Source: an uncultured Alphaproteobacteria bacterium
GTDB taxonomy: Bacteria; Pseudomonadota; Alphaproteobacteria; Rhizobiales; Methyloligellaceae
Reading direction: 5' to 3'
Assembly: GCA_963730335.1 (NCBI GenBank)
Contig: CAVSRK010000002.1
Span: 1,730 to 65,729, forward strand
Length of the DNA stretch: 64,000 nt
In this document: piece after piece, positions 44,429 to 54,304 of the stretch
Layout of the letters: the number at the start of each line of letters is the position of its first letter
Numbering within the stretch: position 1 is the stretch's first letter
The notes under the pieces: model-generated
Databases searched by the model: none
The model's input: the letters and a program-made list of their open reading frames with translations, nothing else
What the model was told of the DNA's origin: nothing
Translations under genes and position numbers: made by a program

Positions 44429-47179
44429 ATGAGCCGGTCTTTTTCCCCGCATTCCACAAACCTCCAACGCGGGCGCGGCGTCACCGCGGTGCTTGGTCCG
44501 ACCAATACCGGCAAGACCCATCTCGCCATCGAGCGCATGCTGGCCCACGACATCGGCATTATCGGGCTCCCGCTCCGGCTGCTCGCGCGCGAGGTCTACG
44601 ACAAGATCGCCGCCCGCGTGCCCGCCGGCCAGGTGGCGCTCATCACCGGCGAGGAAAAGATCAAGCCCCCCTCCCCGCGCTTTTATGTCTGCACGGTGGA
44701 GGCCATGCCGCTCGAGCTCGAAGCGGACTTCGTCGCCATCGACGAGATTCAGCTCGCCGCCGATGGCGAGCGCGGCCATGTGTTCACCGACCGCTTGTTC
44801 CATGCGCGGGGCTTGAACGAGACGTTGCTGCTAGGCGCCGCCACCATGCGGGACGCGATCCGCGAACTGCTGCCCGGCGCCAATCTGGTGTCGCGGCCCC
44901 GACTGTCGCGACTGACCTATGCCGGCGACAAGAAGATCACGCGCCTGCCGCGCCGCTCGGCCATTGTCGGCTTCTCGGTCAACGACGTTTATGTCATCGC
45001 CGAGCTGGTGCGGCGCCAGCGGGGCGGGGCCGCCGTGGTGCTGGGCGCGCTCTCCCCGCGCACGCGCAACGCCCAAGTGGACCTCTACCAGAACGGCGAT
45101 GTCGACTTCCTGGTGGCGACCGACGCCATCGGCATGGGGCTCAATCTCGATCTCGACCATGTCGCCTTCGCCGGCATCCGCAAATTCGACGGGCAAAGCC
45201 ATCGCAACCTCACGCCGGTCGAGCTTGGCCAAATCGCCGGCCGCGCCGGGCGCCACATGAATGACGGCACCTTCGGGGTGACCGGCAATGTGCCGCCGTT
45301 CGAGGGCGACCTGGTGGACCGGCTGGAGAATCATTCGTTCGACCAGGTCGGCGTGCTGCAATGGCGGAACCGCAAGCTCGATTTCAGCTCGATCGAGCGG
45401 CTGAAGGACTCCTTGCGCGACGCCCCCGACCATCGGCGGCTAGCCCGCTCCCGCATGGTCGACGACGTGATCGCGCTCGAGAATGTGAGCCACGACCCGG
45501 CCGCGCGTGACATGGCGAAGGGGCCGGCGGCGGTGGCGCTGTTATGGGAGATGTGCCAGATTCCCGACTATCGGAAAATCTCGGCGGCAAGCCATGCCGA
45601 GCTGGTCGCCACCCTCTATCGCTTCGTCATCAGCGACGAGGGCAAGATCCCGGCCGACTGGTTCGCCAACCAAGTGGCGCTGGCCGACCGCACCGACGGC
45701 GACCTCGACACGCTGTCCAACCGCCTGGCGCAGATCCGCACCTGGACTTTCGTGTCGCATCACGCCCAGTGGCTCGACGATCCGGAACATTGGCAAGGCC
45801 GCACCAAGGCCATCGAAGACAATTTGTCCGATGCGCTGCACGAGCGCCTGACCCAGCGCTTCGTCGACCGGCGGACCAGCGTGCTGATGCGCCGCCTGCG
45901 CGACAAGGAGGAGATCGCCGCCGAGATCGCGCCTGACGGCAATATCTTGGTCGAGAACCATTATGTCGGCCGGCTCGACGGCTTCCGCTTCACGCCCGAA
46001 ACCGCGGGCGAGGGCATTCACGGGCGGGCGACCCGCCACGCGGCGGCCCAAGTGCTGGCGCTTGAGCTGTCGACCCGCGCGGACGCGCTGCATGGGGCGC
46101 CCGACGAGGCGATCGCGCTCAATCCCAACGGCCGGATGATGTGGGCGGGATCGGAGATCGCCCGGCTCGAACGCGGCGAGACGGCGCTCACGCCGCGCAT
46201 TCAACTCTTGGCCGACGAGCACCTCTCGGCATCGGACCGCGAGCGCGTGCTGAAGCGGCTCGAAGCCTGGTTCGAGGCCGAGCTTCACGCCAAGCTCAAG
46301 CCGCTGGTTCTGCTCGCCGAGGCCGATAATTTGTCGGGCCTGGCCCGCGGGTTGGCTTACCAATTGACGGAAAATCTCGGCGTGCTGCGCCGCGAGGCGG
46401 CCTCGGCCGAGATCAAGGCGCTCGATCAGGCGGCGCGCGCCCAGCTTCGCCAATACGGTGTCCGGTTCGGCGCCTTCAACGTCTATATCCCGGCGCTGCT
46501 CAAGCCGGCGGCGGCCGATTTGGTACTGCTGCTGTGGGCGCTCCATGCCGGCCGGGATCACGGCCTCGATCCCGAGACCCTACCGGCCCGACCGCAGCAA
46601 GGCCTGACCTCGGTCGAGGCGGGACCGCTGAAACCAGAATCTTATTGGCGGGCCGCCGGCTTCCATGTCGCGGGCGCCCGTGCGGTCCGCATCGACATGC
46701 TTGAGCGGCTGTCCGACCTGATTCGCGGGCGCATCGCCTTCCGGGCGGCCGAGGGCGGCGTGGCGGCCCCGCCGGGGGCGACCGGGGACGGCGGCTTCCG
46801 GGTGGTGCCCGAACTCATGTCGGTGGTCGGCTGCTCGGGGGAAGAGTTCGCCTCGATCCTGAAAGCGCTCGGCTTCAGGCTGGAGCGGCGGAGGCTAGCG
46901 CCTCGGTCCGAGACGCGGCCGCAAGTGCCGGATGCGCCCCCTCAGGCTGAGATGTTCGACGAGATTTGGCGCCCGGGGAAGCGCAAGGAAGCGCGCTACG
47001 ACAAGCGCGCGAGCCACAAGCCTCAACGTGAGAAGCACGCGAGGCCGCACCGCGGCGAGCGGCAACAGCCGCAGACCCCTAACGCGCCGCCGGAGCGCAA
47101 GAAGGTCGATCACTCGCCTTTCGCCGCGCTCGAGGCGCTGAGAGGGCGGCTCGCCGCGCGCCAGCCGGAAGGAAGCTGA
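44429..47179 (+). CDS. SUV3/MgpS-like SF2 helicase
   Basis: LGPTNTGKT, DEIQ, VATDAIGMGLN, QIAGRAGR. Confidence 0.93.
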   Translation: MSRSFSPHSTNLQRGRGVTAVLGPTNTGKTHLAIERMLAHDIGIIGLPLRLLAREVYDKIAARVPAGQVALITGEEKIKPPSPRFYVCTVEAMPLELEADFVAIDEIQLAADGERGHVFTDRLFHARGLNETLLLGAATMRDAIRELLPGANLVSRPRLSRLTYAGDKKITRLPRRSAIVGFSVNDVYVIAELVRRQRGGAAVVLGALSPRTRNAQVDLYQNGDVDFLVATDAIGMGLNLDLDHVAFAGIRKFDGQSHRNLTPVELGQIAGRAGRHMNDGTFGVTGNVPPFEGDLVDRLENHSFDQVGVLQWRNRKLDFSSIERLKDSLRDAPDHRRLARSRMVDDVIALENVSHDPAARDMAKGPAAVALLWEMCQIPDYRKISAASHAELVATLYRFVISDEGKIPADWFANQVALADRTDGDLDTLSNRLAQIRTWTFVSHHAQWLDDPEHWQGRTKAIEDNLSDALHERLTQRFVDRRTSVLMRRLRDKEEIAAEIAPDGNILVENHYVGRLDGFRFTPETAGEGIHGRATRHAAAQVLALELSTRADALHGAPDEAIALNPNGRMMWAGSEIARLERGETALTPRIQLLADEHLSASDRERVLKRLEAWFEAELHAKLKPLVLLAEADNLSGLARGLAYQLTENLGVLRREAASAEIKALDQAARAQLRQYGVRFGAFNVYIPALLKPAAADLVLLLWALHAGRDHGLDPETLPARPQQGLTSVEAGPLKPESYWRAAGFHVAGARAVRIDMLERLSDLIRGRIAFRAAEGGVAAPPGATGDGGFRVVPELMSVVGCSGEEFASILKALGFRLERRRLAPRSETRPQVPDAPPQAEMFDEIWRPGKRKEARYDKRASHKPQREKHARPHRGERQQPQTPNAPPERKKVDHSPFAALEALRGRLAARQPEGS

Positions 47180-47189
47180 GCCCAAGGCC

Positions 47190-47555
47190 ATGGACGCGCA
47201 GCGCCTCGACAAGTGGCTGTGGTGCGCGAGGCTCACCCGGACGCGATCGGGCGCGGCGCGGCTGATCGAAGCCGGCAAGGTCCGCGTCAACGGCGCCCGC
47301 GCGCTGAAACCAAGCCGCCTCGTTCAGGCCGGCGACGTGGTGACCGCGAGTTGGCTCGGCAAGCTGACCGTGGTCCGCGTGCTGGGGTCCGCCGAGCGGC
47401 GCGGGCCGGCGAGCCTGGCGCGCGCACTTTATGAGGATCTGACCCCGCCAACGCCAGCGCCGGAGCCCGGGCTTGACGGCAGCTTGCGTCAAGGTCCGCG
47501 GCCGACCAAGCGCAACCGCCGGCGCCTCGATGCCCTGCGCGGGAGCGACCTCTGA
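47190..47555 (+). CDS. S4-domain RNA-binding protein (Hsp15-like)
   Basis: QRLDKWLWCAR, GKVRVNG, GPRPTKRNRR. Confidence 0.92.
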   Translation: MDAQRLDKWLWCARLTRTRSGAARLIEAGKVRVNGARALKPSRLVQAGDVVTASWLGKLTVVRVLGSAERRGPASLARALYEDLTPPTPAPEPGLDGSLRQGPRPTKRNRRRLDALRGSDL

Positions 47556-47581
47556 ATTCGGTGTGATGGGCTGAAGCGCGG

Positions 47582-50020
47582 CTACGCCGCCGAGGTGAGC
47601 CGCCGCAACGGACCCGTTTGCGGCTCGATCCGCCCGACCCGCAGCAATTCCGCGACTTGGGCGGCCGGCACCGGCCGGCTGAAATAGTAGCCTTGCGCCT
47701 GCTCGCAGCCAGCGCCCATCAGGAAGCGCGCTTGCGCCTCGGTCTCCACGCCTTCGGCGATGACCTCGAGGCCAAGCTCGTTAGCGAGGCGGATAGCGGC
47801 TCTGACCACGGCGGCGTTGCGATAGTCGACCGTCACTCGGAACACGAATTCCTGCGCCAGCTTGAGCCGGTTGACCCGGTATTGGGTCAAATATTTGAGC
47901 GACGAATAGCCGGTGCCAAAATCGTCGATCGAGAGCTTGGTGCCGAGTTGGCGTAGCCTCTCGAGCGTGTTGGAATGCCGCTGGGTCGCTTCCATCAGCA
48001 CCAATTCGGTCAGCTCCAGCTCGAGATGGGACGGGTCGATGTCCCATCGCGTCAGGCTTGCCTCGATCTCGCGATCGAGTTCGGAAGCGCCTTTGAATTG
48101 AACGCCCGACACGTTGACTGACATCACTTGCGGGGCGATACCCTCGGTCCGCCAGCGTTTGAGCTGGCTGCACGCCACTTCGAATACCCATTGGCCGATC
48201 GCCAGTATGAGGCCGGTCCGTTCGGCGATGGCGATGAAGGAACCGGGAGTGAGCAGGCCGCGCGTCGGGTGGTTCCACCGGATCAACGCCTCGAGCCCGA
48301 TAATGCGCCCGGTGGCGAGCTCGACCTGCGGCTGGTAGTAGAGCTCGAGCTCGCCGCGGTCCAGCGCCGCCCTCAGCTCCTCGGCGACCCGCACGCGCTC
48401 ATGAACTTCACGGTCGAGGTCGTGGCTGTGGAAGCGGAAGCAGTCGCGGCCCTCGTCCTTGGCGCCGTAAAGCGCCAGATCGGCTTGCATCATGATCGCC
48501 TCGGGACTGGCGGTTTCGGGCGAGAACAGGGCGATGCCGATGCTCGAGGTGATGCGGACCTTGTGGCCCTTGATGCTGAACGGCACGGCCAGAAGCTTGC
48601 CGATCCTGGCGGCAAGTTCCCCGGCGGTCTCCGGATCGGTGACTGCCGGCAACAGAATGGCGAACTCGTCGCCGCCGAACCGCGCCACCAGGTCCCCTGT
48701 CCTGACCGCAGCTTGCAGCCTGCCAACGACCTCCCTCAACAGCAGGTCGCCCATGGCGTGGCCGAGCGTGTCGTTCACATCCTTGAAGTTGTCGATGTCG
48801 AGATAGAGCACAGCGAAGGGCGGCGCGCCGCGCAAGCTCGCGGCGAAGGCCATGGTGAGCCTCTTGAGGAAGGCGCGGCGATTGGCCAGGCTGGTCAAAA
48901 GATCGGTCTGGGCCAGTTCCAGCACCCTGGTATTGGCGGCCTCGAGCCGAAGGGCATGGCGCATCGAAGCCCACATATAGGCGAGCAACGCGCCAAACAC
49001 CAAAAGGACGGCCGCAAGCACGAGCCAGGCCCGGTAGTAGCTGATCAACCCGCTTTTCTCTGGCACGACGACCAGGTTCCACCTGGCATCGCCGGCTCTC
49101 AGCACAGTGGTCCAGAACGGCAAACCGGCCAGAGCCTGCTGCGGCTCCCCTTGAAGCGGCTGCTCGCGACTAGCCGCCCCGCGCACATAGACCGGCATCG
49201 CGTCGGGGCCCGAATGGGCCGGATAGAGGTAAAGGTCGACGTCTTGCGGCAGCGTCGTGCGCGCGAGGATACCGTCGAGCACCGCTGCGATCTGGAACGC
49301 ACCGACGATCACGCCCCGCGTATTTTGGCGTCGCTCGTCGACGCTGTTCAGCTCGGCATCATGGCGATAGATCGGAATCAGGGCGATGAAGCCCTCGCGC
49401 TGCCCACTGATCGGATTGCGAAGCTGAATGCCCTGGGCCGTCGCCATGATATTGCCCTCGCGCGCGCGGCGGATCGCCTCGGTGCGGACGGGCTCGGAAT
49501 TGAGATCGGTTCCCAACGTGGCCGCCCGTTTGGAGGCGATGGTCGAATAGAGAATGGGAAAGTACTCATCGCGCTCGGGCGACACCGCCATCGGATTTGA
49601 AAGCGACCACGTCCTGATCGAAAAATCGGGATGTCCCCGTTCCCTCTGCTTGCGCTCGAACTCGGCGCGCTCGGAACTGGTAACGCGCGGCGCCCAGACG
49701 AGCCGCATGGCGTCGTCGTACCCGGCCGTGATCTGGCTGGTGAAGAGATCGAACTCGTCGGCATCGACCTCGACGGACGCATCGTAGAAGGCGCGCACGG
49801 CAAGGAGCTTGCCGAGATACTGATCGAGCCCGTTTTGAAGGATCGTCGCGTAGTCTCCGGCGACGTTGGTGAACTTCGTTTTGGCGAGGCGCTCCTCCCA
49901 CACCGAGACGGCCAACCACGCGGAGGCCGCGACGATCACCCCAAGGCAGGCTGCGCCAACAATGGGCCAGAGATGGCCGGTAGGCGTCCACCTCCGGTTG
50001 ACAGGCGTGAGCTCCGTCAT
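47582..50020 (-). CDS. CHASE-GGDEF-EAL c-di-GMP signalling protein
   Basis: Two TMs flank a CHASE domain; ARFGGDEF, YYQPQ...EAL and DDFGTGYSSL are intact. Confidence 0.93.
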   Translation of the reverse strand: MTELTPVNRRWTPTGHLWPIVGAACLGVIVAASAWLAVSVWEERLAKTKFTNVAGDYATILQNGLDQYLGKLLAVRAFYDASVEVDADEFDLFTSQITAGYDDAMRLVWAPRVTSSERAEFERKQRERGHPDFSIRTWSLSNPMAVSPERDEYFPILYSTIASKRAATLGTDLNSEPVRTEAIRRAREGNIMATAQGIQLRNPISGQREGFIALIPIYRHDAELNSVDERRQNTRGVIVGAFQIAAVLDGILARTTLPQDVDLYLYPAHSGPDAMPVYVRGAASREQPLQGEPQQALAGLPFWTTVLRAGDARWNLVVVPEKSGLISYYRAWLVLAAVLLVFGALLAYMWASMRHALRLEAANTRVLELAQTDLLTSLANRRAFLKRLTMAFAASLRGAPPFAVLYLDIDNFKDVNDTLGHAMGDLLLREVVGRLQAAVRTGDLVARFGGDEFAILLPAVTDPETAGELAARIGKLLAVPFSIKGHKVRITSSIGIALFSPETASPEAIMMQADLALYGAKDEGRDCFRFHSHDLDREVHERVRVAEELRAALDRGELELYYQPQVELATGRIIGLEALIRWNHPTRGLLTPGSFIAIAERTGLILAIGQWVFEVACSQLKRWRTEGIAPQVMSVNVSGVQFKGASELDREIEASLTRWDIDPSHLELELTELVLMEATQRHSNTLERLRQLGTKLSIDDFGTGYSSLKYLTQYRVNRLKLAQEFVFRVTVDYRNAAVVRAAIRLANELGLEVIAEGVETEAQARFLMGAGCEQAQGYYFSRPVPAAQVAELLRVGRIEPQTGPLRRLTSAA

Positions 50021-50358
50021 GCGCGCATCGGGCTCCTTACGGCCCCAACAGTGGCCACTGGCAGCGTTCGATCGGCAAAAAAACTGGGACCCGAGGCGAC
50101 GACCAAGGGGAGGCGCTTTTCCTTTAACCCCGCGAAATGCCCATAAATTGATTGACGCCGGATTAGTATGCAGCGGGAAAATCAACCTAAGGGGCAGGGG
50201 AAAAAAGGATTTTCCTCCCGGCGTCGCCGCCTTTGCCGCCCCATGCGTCGCCTTGTGCTGGTGACGCGATTGTTATAGGCAAGCGCTTCCTCAGGCGACT
50301 ATGAGGGCCCTAAGGGGCTAGACTGCGGGCCGATCAGGCCCCGAAAGCGTGTGGACCG

Positions 50359-50697
50359 ATGACTTACGTCGTCACCGAAGTTTGCATCAAGTGCAAGTAT
50401 ATGGATTGCGTCGAGGTCTGCCCCGTGGACTGCTTCTACGAGGGCGCCAATATGCTGGTGATTCACCCTGACGAATGCATCGATTGCGGGGTGTGCGAGC
50501 CGGAATGCCCGGTCGATGCCATCAAGCCTGACACCGAGCCGGAACTCGACCGGTGGCTGGAGATCAACCGGCAATATTCGGAAACCTGGCCGAATATCAC
50601 GATCAAAAGGCCGGCCCCGCCAGATGCCGACGCCTTTGTGTCCGAACCGGACAAATTCGCCAAATACTTCACCCCCGACCCCGGTGAAGGGGACTAG
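50359..50697 (+). CDS. fdxA: 7Fe/8Fe ferredoxin FdxA
   Basis: [25 protein letters not shown]...[12 protein letters not shown]. Confidence 0.96.
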   Translation: MTYVVTEVCIKCKYMDCVEVCPVDCFYEGANMLVIHPDECIDCGVCEPECPVDAIKPDTEPELDRWLEINRQYSETWPNITIKRPAPPDADAFVSEPDKFAKYFTPDPGEGD

Positions 50698-51053
50698 AGA
50701 GATCAAAGGGTTAAGCGTTAACCCTATGGTCAAAATGCCGCATGTTGCGGCGCAAAAAGGGCGGTGCTGCGATACCGGATGACTTTCGGATTCACTAAAA
50801 TTGTGTTATTGTAACGGCGAAATGGCGCGGACTGTCGGCGCATTAAGCACCAAGAGAGGCGTCCCTGTTTGGGCGCACTTTTTTTTCTCAACTGAGGGAG
50901 GTGGCGCGATCAGGCCTCTGATCGGCGGCTCATTTTGTGCCCACGGCTCCGTCCGGCATGGCGGAGGCCAGAACCGATCCTGGCAAGGCCTGGGCACGCT
51001 GGTGGCGCCAAGCATAGTCGCTCGCAAAACATTTTAGAGAGTGAGACGAGAGT

Positions 51054-51620
51054 ATGGCTGAAAAGAAGAAACCACAGCAAAGACACGGCTTTCGCACCGG
51101 CGAGTATATCGTCTATCCGGCGCACGGCGTCGGCCGGATCGTGAGCATCGACGAGCAAGAGATTGCCGGCGCAAAGCTCGAGCTGTTCGTCATCAATTTC
51201 GAAAAAGACAAGATGACGCTCAGGGTGCCGACCGCCAAGCTTGCCAGCGTCGGCATGCGCAAGCTGTCCGAAGAGAAGACCGTGAAGAAGGCGCTCGGCA
51301 CGCTCAAGGGCAAGGCGCGCGTCAAGCGCACCATGTGGTCCAGGCGCGCCCAGGAATACGAGGCGAAGATCAATTCCGGCGATCTCGTCTCCATCGCTGA
51401 GGTGGTGCGCGACCTCTATCGCTCCGAGGCACAGCCCGAGCAGTCCTATTCCGAGCGACAGCTCTACGAGGCCGCGCTCGACCGCATGGCGCGGGAGATC
51501 GCCGCCGTCGAGCGGATGGACGAGGCTAGCGCCATCGCCAAGATCGACGACGTGCTCGCCAAGACGGCGCGGCATGCCAAGATTGCCGCCGAAGCGGAGT
51601 CGCGTACTCGCGCGGCCTAA
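51054..51620 (+). CDS. carD: CarD/CdnL transcriptional regulator
   Basis: GEYIVYPAHGVG, WSRRAQEYEAKINSGD. Confidence 0.95.
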   Translation: MAEKKKPQQRHGFRTGEYIVYPAHGVGRIVSIDEQEIAGAKLELFVINFEKDKMTLRVPTAKLASVGMRKLSEEKTVKKALGTLKGKARVKRTMWSRRAQEYEAKINSGDLVSIAEVVRDLYRSEAQPEQSYSERQLYEAALDRMAREIAAVERMDEASAIAKIDDVLAKTARHAKIAAEAESRTRAA

Positions 51621-51630
51621 GTTCAGCCGT

Positions 51631-51681
51631 TAGCGAAGGTTCACCGTCGAGCAGCCAAGAGTTGCTCGACGCCCTTCGCTA
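51631..51681. terminator. Long bulged hairpin between convergent carD and TPR genes
   Basis: TAGCGAAGG/CCTTCGCTA outer stem and CGTCGAGCAG/TTGCTCGACG inner stem; no clear U-run. Confidence 0.5.
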
Positions 51682-53310
51682 TAGGCAGCCGATTTGTCCC
51701 ATCAACACCTTGAGCTCCAGCGCCTCGGTGCGGGCATCGATCTCCATGCAAAGTTCGAGCGACTGACGCAGCTTGCGGCAGGCGTCCTCGGTCTGCCCGC
51801 GCATATGCGAAAGCACGGCCAGGTTCCGCATCTGCATGGCGATGCCGCGCCCCTCGCCGGCATCGCGTGCGGCATCCAAGGCGACGTTGAACTCCTCCTC
51901 GGCCTCGGCCAGACGGCCGCTGTCGAGATAGACGGCGCCGAGATTGCCCGCAGCCTTGGCCACGCCGGAGGCATCGTTCGCGCCCATGAACAGATCGATG
52001 GCCCGCCGATAGGAGCCTTCGGCGTCGGCAACCTGTTTCAAGGCGCGGTGCGCATTGCCGAGATTGAAGACGGCGTTGGCGGCATGGTCGGGCAGCCCAA
52101 GCTCGAGGTAGAGGCGCAGGCTCTCCCTGAAATGGGCGGCCGCTTCGTCGACGCGGGCCTTCTCGAACAGGATCGTGCCGAGATTGAGATTGGCCCGCGC
52201 CACTCCATCCTTGTGCTTGAGCCGCTCTTCCAGCTGCAAGGCTTGGCGCACCATCTCCTCGGCACGGTCGAGGTCCTGGGTCTCGCGATAGAGCAAGCCA
52301 AGATTGCCGGCGGCAACCGAGGCGATGCCGATTTCCTCCAACTTCTCGGCCACAGTGAAGCTCTTCAGCAGCATCTGCTCGGCCTCCGCGAACTGGCCGA
52401 GGCCTTGCAGCAACAGGCCGAGATCGGCGTAAAGCTGGGCCAGGCCAAGCTCATAATTGAACTTGGTGCAGAGCGTGGCCGCCTTGTTGTAATTGGCCAG
52501 CGCGCTATCGAGCTGGCCCGCCTTCATTTGCGTGCTGGCCAGCGCCATCATGGCATCGACCAGCGATTTAGGGTCTTCCCGCGCTTCGAAGATGCGGGCG
52601 GCCGTCTCGAACTTCTCGGTCGCTTCCGTGAGGCGCCCGCGCCGGAGATGCAGGACGCCGGCGAACATGTCGATCATGGCGGCGATGTCCTCGCGGCCCC
52701 CCTCCCCGGCGCCGCCGCGCGCCTTTTCCATCAAGGCTTCCATGCTGGGGAGATCGCCGAGCCTGAACTGAACGAGGGCGAGCGCGAGAAGATTTTCCGG
52801 GTTGGCGGGATCGACTTCGAAGGCGCGCTGAAACAGGTCAAGCGCCTGGTGCGGGTCCTGGGGCAAAGCCAGCGCGCCCTGATGGCGCAACGCCGCAGCG
52901 GCCTGCCGCGCGGCGCGCCCGGCCTCGGCCTCTTTGGCGCGCGCCAGCTCGGCGAAGATCTCGGTGGCGGGCGCGCTGTTCCCCGCTTTGAGCCGCCTGA
53001 CCGCCCGCCGAGCCTGCCGCGTATCCTCGCTATTGAGCGCCAGCACCGCGTCGGTAATCAGGGTGGCGATGCTGTTGCCTTCCTTGAGCGAGAAGCGGTC
53101 GCCGTTCTCCTGCGACCGGGCCATCATCTCGCCGGCCGTGGCGACGGCAATTTGTTCGGCGATGGTCCGGTTCTGCTGGTCGCGTTGGCGCCGGGACCTC
53201 CGCAGCAGAAAGGCGAGCAGGCAGAGGACGACAACGAGGACCCCGACGACGGCCGAGACGTACTCGACCGTGGTCCAGTCGAGCGGAAAGACGCGCGAGA
53301 ACGACTCCAT
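51679..53310 (-). CDS. Membrane-anchored tetratricopeptide repeat protein
   Basis: N-terminal TM (VVGVLVVVLCLLAFLL) followed by repeated TPR units (AAGNLGLLY, ANLNLGTIL, AVFNLGNAH, AAGNLGAVY). Confidence 0.88.
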   Translation of the reverse strand: MESFSRVFPLDWTTVEYVSAVVGVLVVVLCLLAFLLRRSRRQRDQQNRTIAEQIAVATAGEMMARSQENGDRFSLKEGNSIATLITDAVLALNSEDTRQARRAVRRLKAGNSAPATEIFAELARAKEAEAGRAARQAAAALRHQGALALPQDPHQALDLFQRAFEVDPANPENLLALALVQFRLGDLPSMEALMEKARGGAGEGGREDIAAMIDMFAGVLHLRRGRLTEATEKFETAARIFEAREDPKSLVDAMMALASTQMKAGQLDSALANYNKAATLCTKFNYELGLAQLYADLGLLLQGLGQFAEAEQMLLKSFTVAEKLEEIGIASVAAGNLGLLYRETQDLDRAEEMVRQALQLEERLKHKDGVARANLNLGTILFEKARVDEAAAHFRESLRLYLELGLPDHAANAVFNLGNAHRALKQVADAEGSYRRAIDLFMGANDASGVAKAAGNLGAVYLDSGRLAEAEEEFNVALDAARDAGEGRGIAMQMRNLAVLSHMRGQTEDACRKLRQSLELCMEIDARTEALELKVLMGQIGCL

Positions 53311-53375
53311 GGCGCTGGTTGGACACTCCCCCTTGGCCTAGCTCAGCACGCGCGGCGACTATGACACCCCTCCGG

Positions 53376-54245
53376 CTATAGAGCGATAGCCGGTCCTGTT
53401 TGCCGCTCGGGGGACTTTGCGTTTTCCTCATGCGGGTTATCCGGCAGCAGCTCGATCTGCTCCGGATGGGTCGCTTCGATGGTGGGCCCGTTGCGCCAAG
53501 CCAGGAAGCCGCGGGCGCGCAGGCGCCTTCCAATTAGGCCCTTGAGGTCGATGCCGGCGGCAGCGAAGGCGCTCGCGTTCTTACGGTCGACGCTGACGGT
53601 GAAGTCGCTCCGCCAGTCCTTGGTGAAATTGAGATAGAGGCGCCCGCCCCCCTCGCCGACCGCCACCACGGTGCCCTCGACCAACTGGTAGGAATGGATG
53701 AGGCGGCCCAGGCGCTTCACATCGAGCGCCGGCTCGATGCGATAGACATAGGACGCCCACACGCCGAGCCACTTCGCCCGCGCCTCCTTTTCGCGCGCCA
53801 AGAGCTCGGCGACGCAGGCCCGGTTGTCGGAGAACGAGTAGACGCGGGCGAGGCCCCTGGCGACCAGGGCCTCCTGGAGCCAGAGGCGGTTCTCGCCGTC
53901 GACCACGAACCCCTGAGCCAGAACATGACCGTGCCGGTCCTGGCGTAGCCCGCCAAATCTGAGCTCGACCGTCTTGCCGGCGGCGGCAAGAGCCGACAGC
54001 GCGTGCTTGGCCTCGTCGACCAGGGGCCACGGATCGTCCCCCCGCCAGCCGAGCGGCGACATCGAGGCCTTGGCGCCGATCAGCCTGACGGTCCTGCCGT
54101 CGGTGAGCTTGAGCGTCTCGCCGTCGAGCACGGCGGCCACCGTGGCGGCCTCCGGCGGCGACAAATCGCAGGCCCAGGCCGGCAGGCCTAGGCCTGCCGG
54201 CAAAGCCGCAAACGCTACGATGACACCGGTCACCCCCCTGACCAT
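53376..54245 (-). CDS. Thermonuclease (SNase)-like exported protein
   Basis: Signal peptide, VLDGETLKL, GLARVYSFSDN, and C-terminal YQLVEGTV...LYLNF...DFTV extension. Confidence 0.85.
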   Translation of the reverse strand: MVRGVTGVIVAFAALPAGLGLPAWACDLSPPEAATVAAVLDGETLKLTDGRTVRLIGAKASMSPLGWRGDDPWPLVDEAKHALSALAAAGKTVELRFGGLRQDRHGHVLAQGFVVDGENRLWLQEALVARGLARVYSFSDNRACVAELLAREKEARAKWLGVWASYVYRIEPALDVKRLGRLIHSYQLVEGTVVAVGEGGGRLYLNFTKDWRSDFTVSVDRKNASAFAAAGIDLKGLIGRRLRARGFLAWRNGPTIEATHPEQIELLPDNPHEENAKSPERQTGPAIAL

Positions 54246-54304
54246 GATGCATCTTAAGGATGTAGGCCCACGATTCACAAGCGCCCCCATGAGGCAGAGC
54301 GCGG

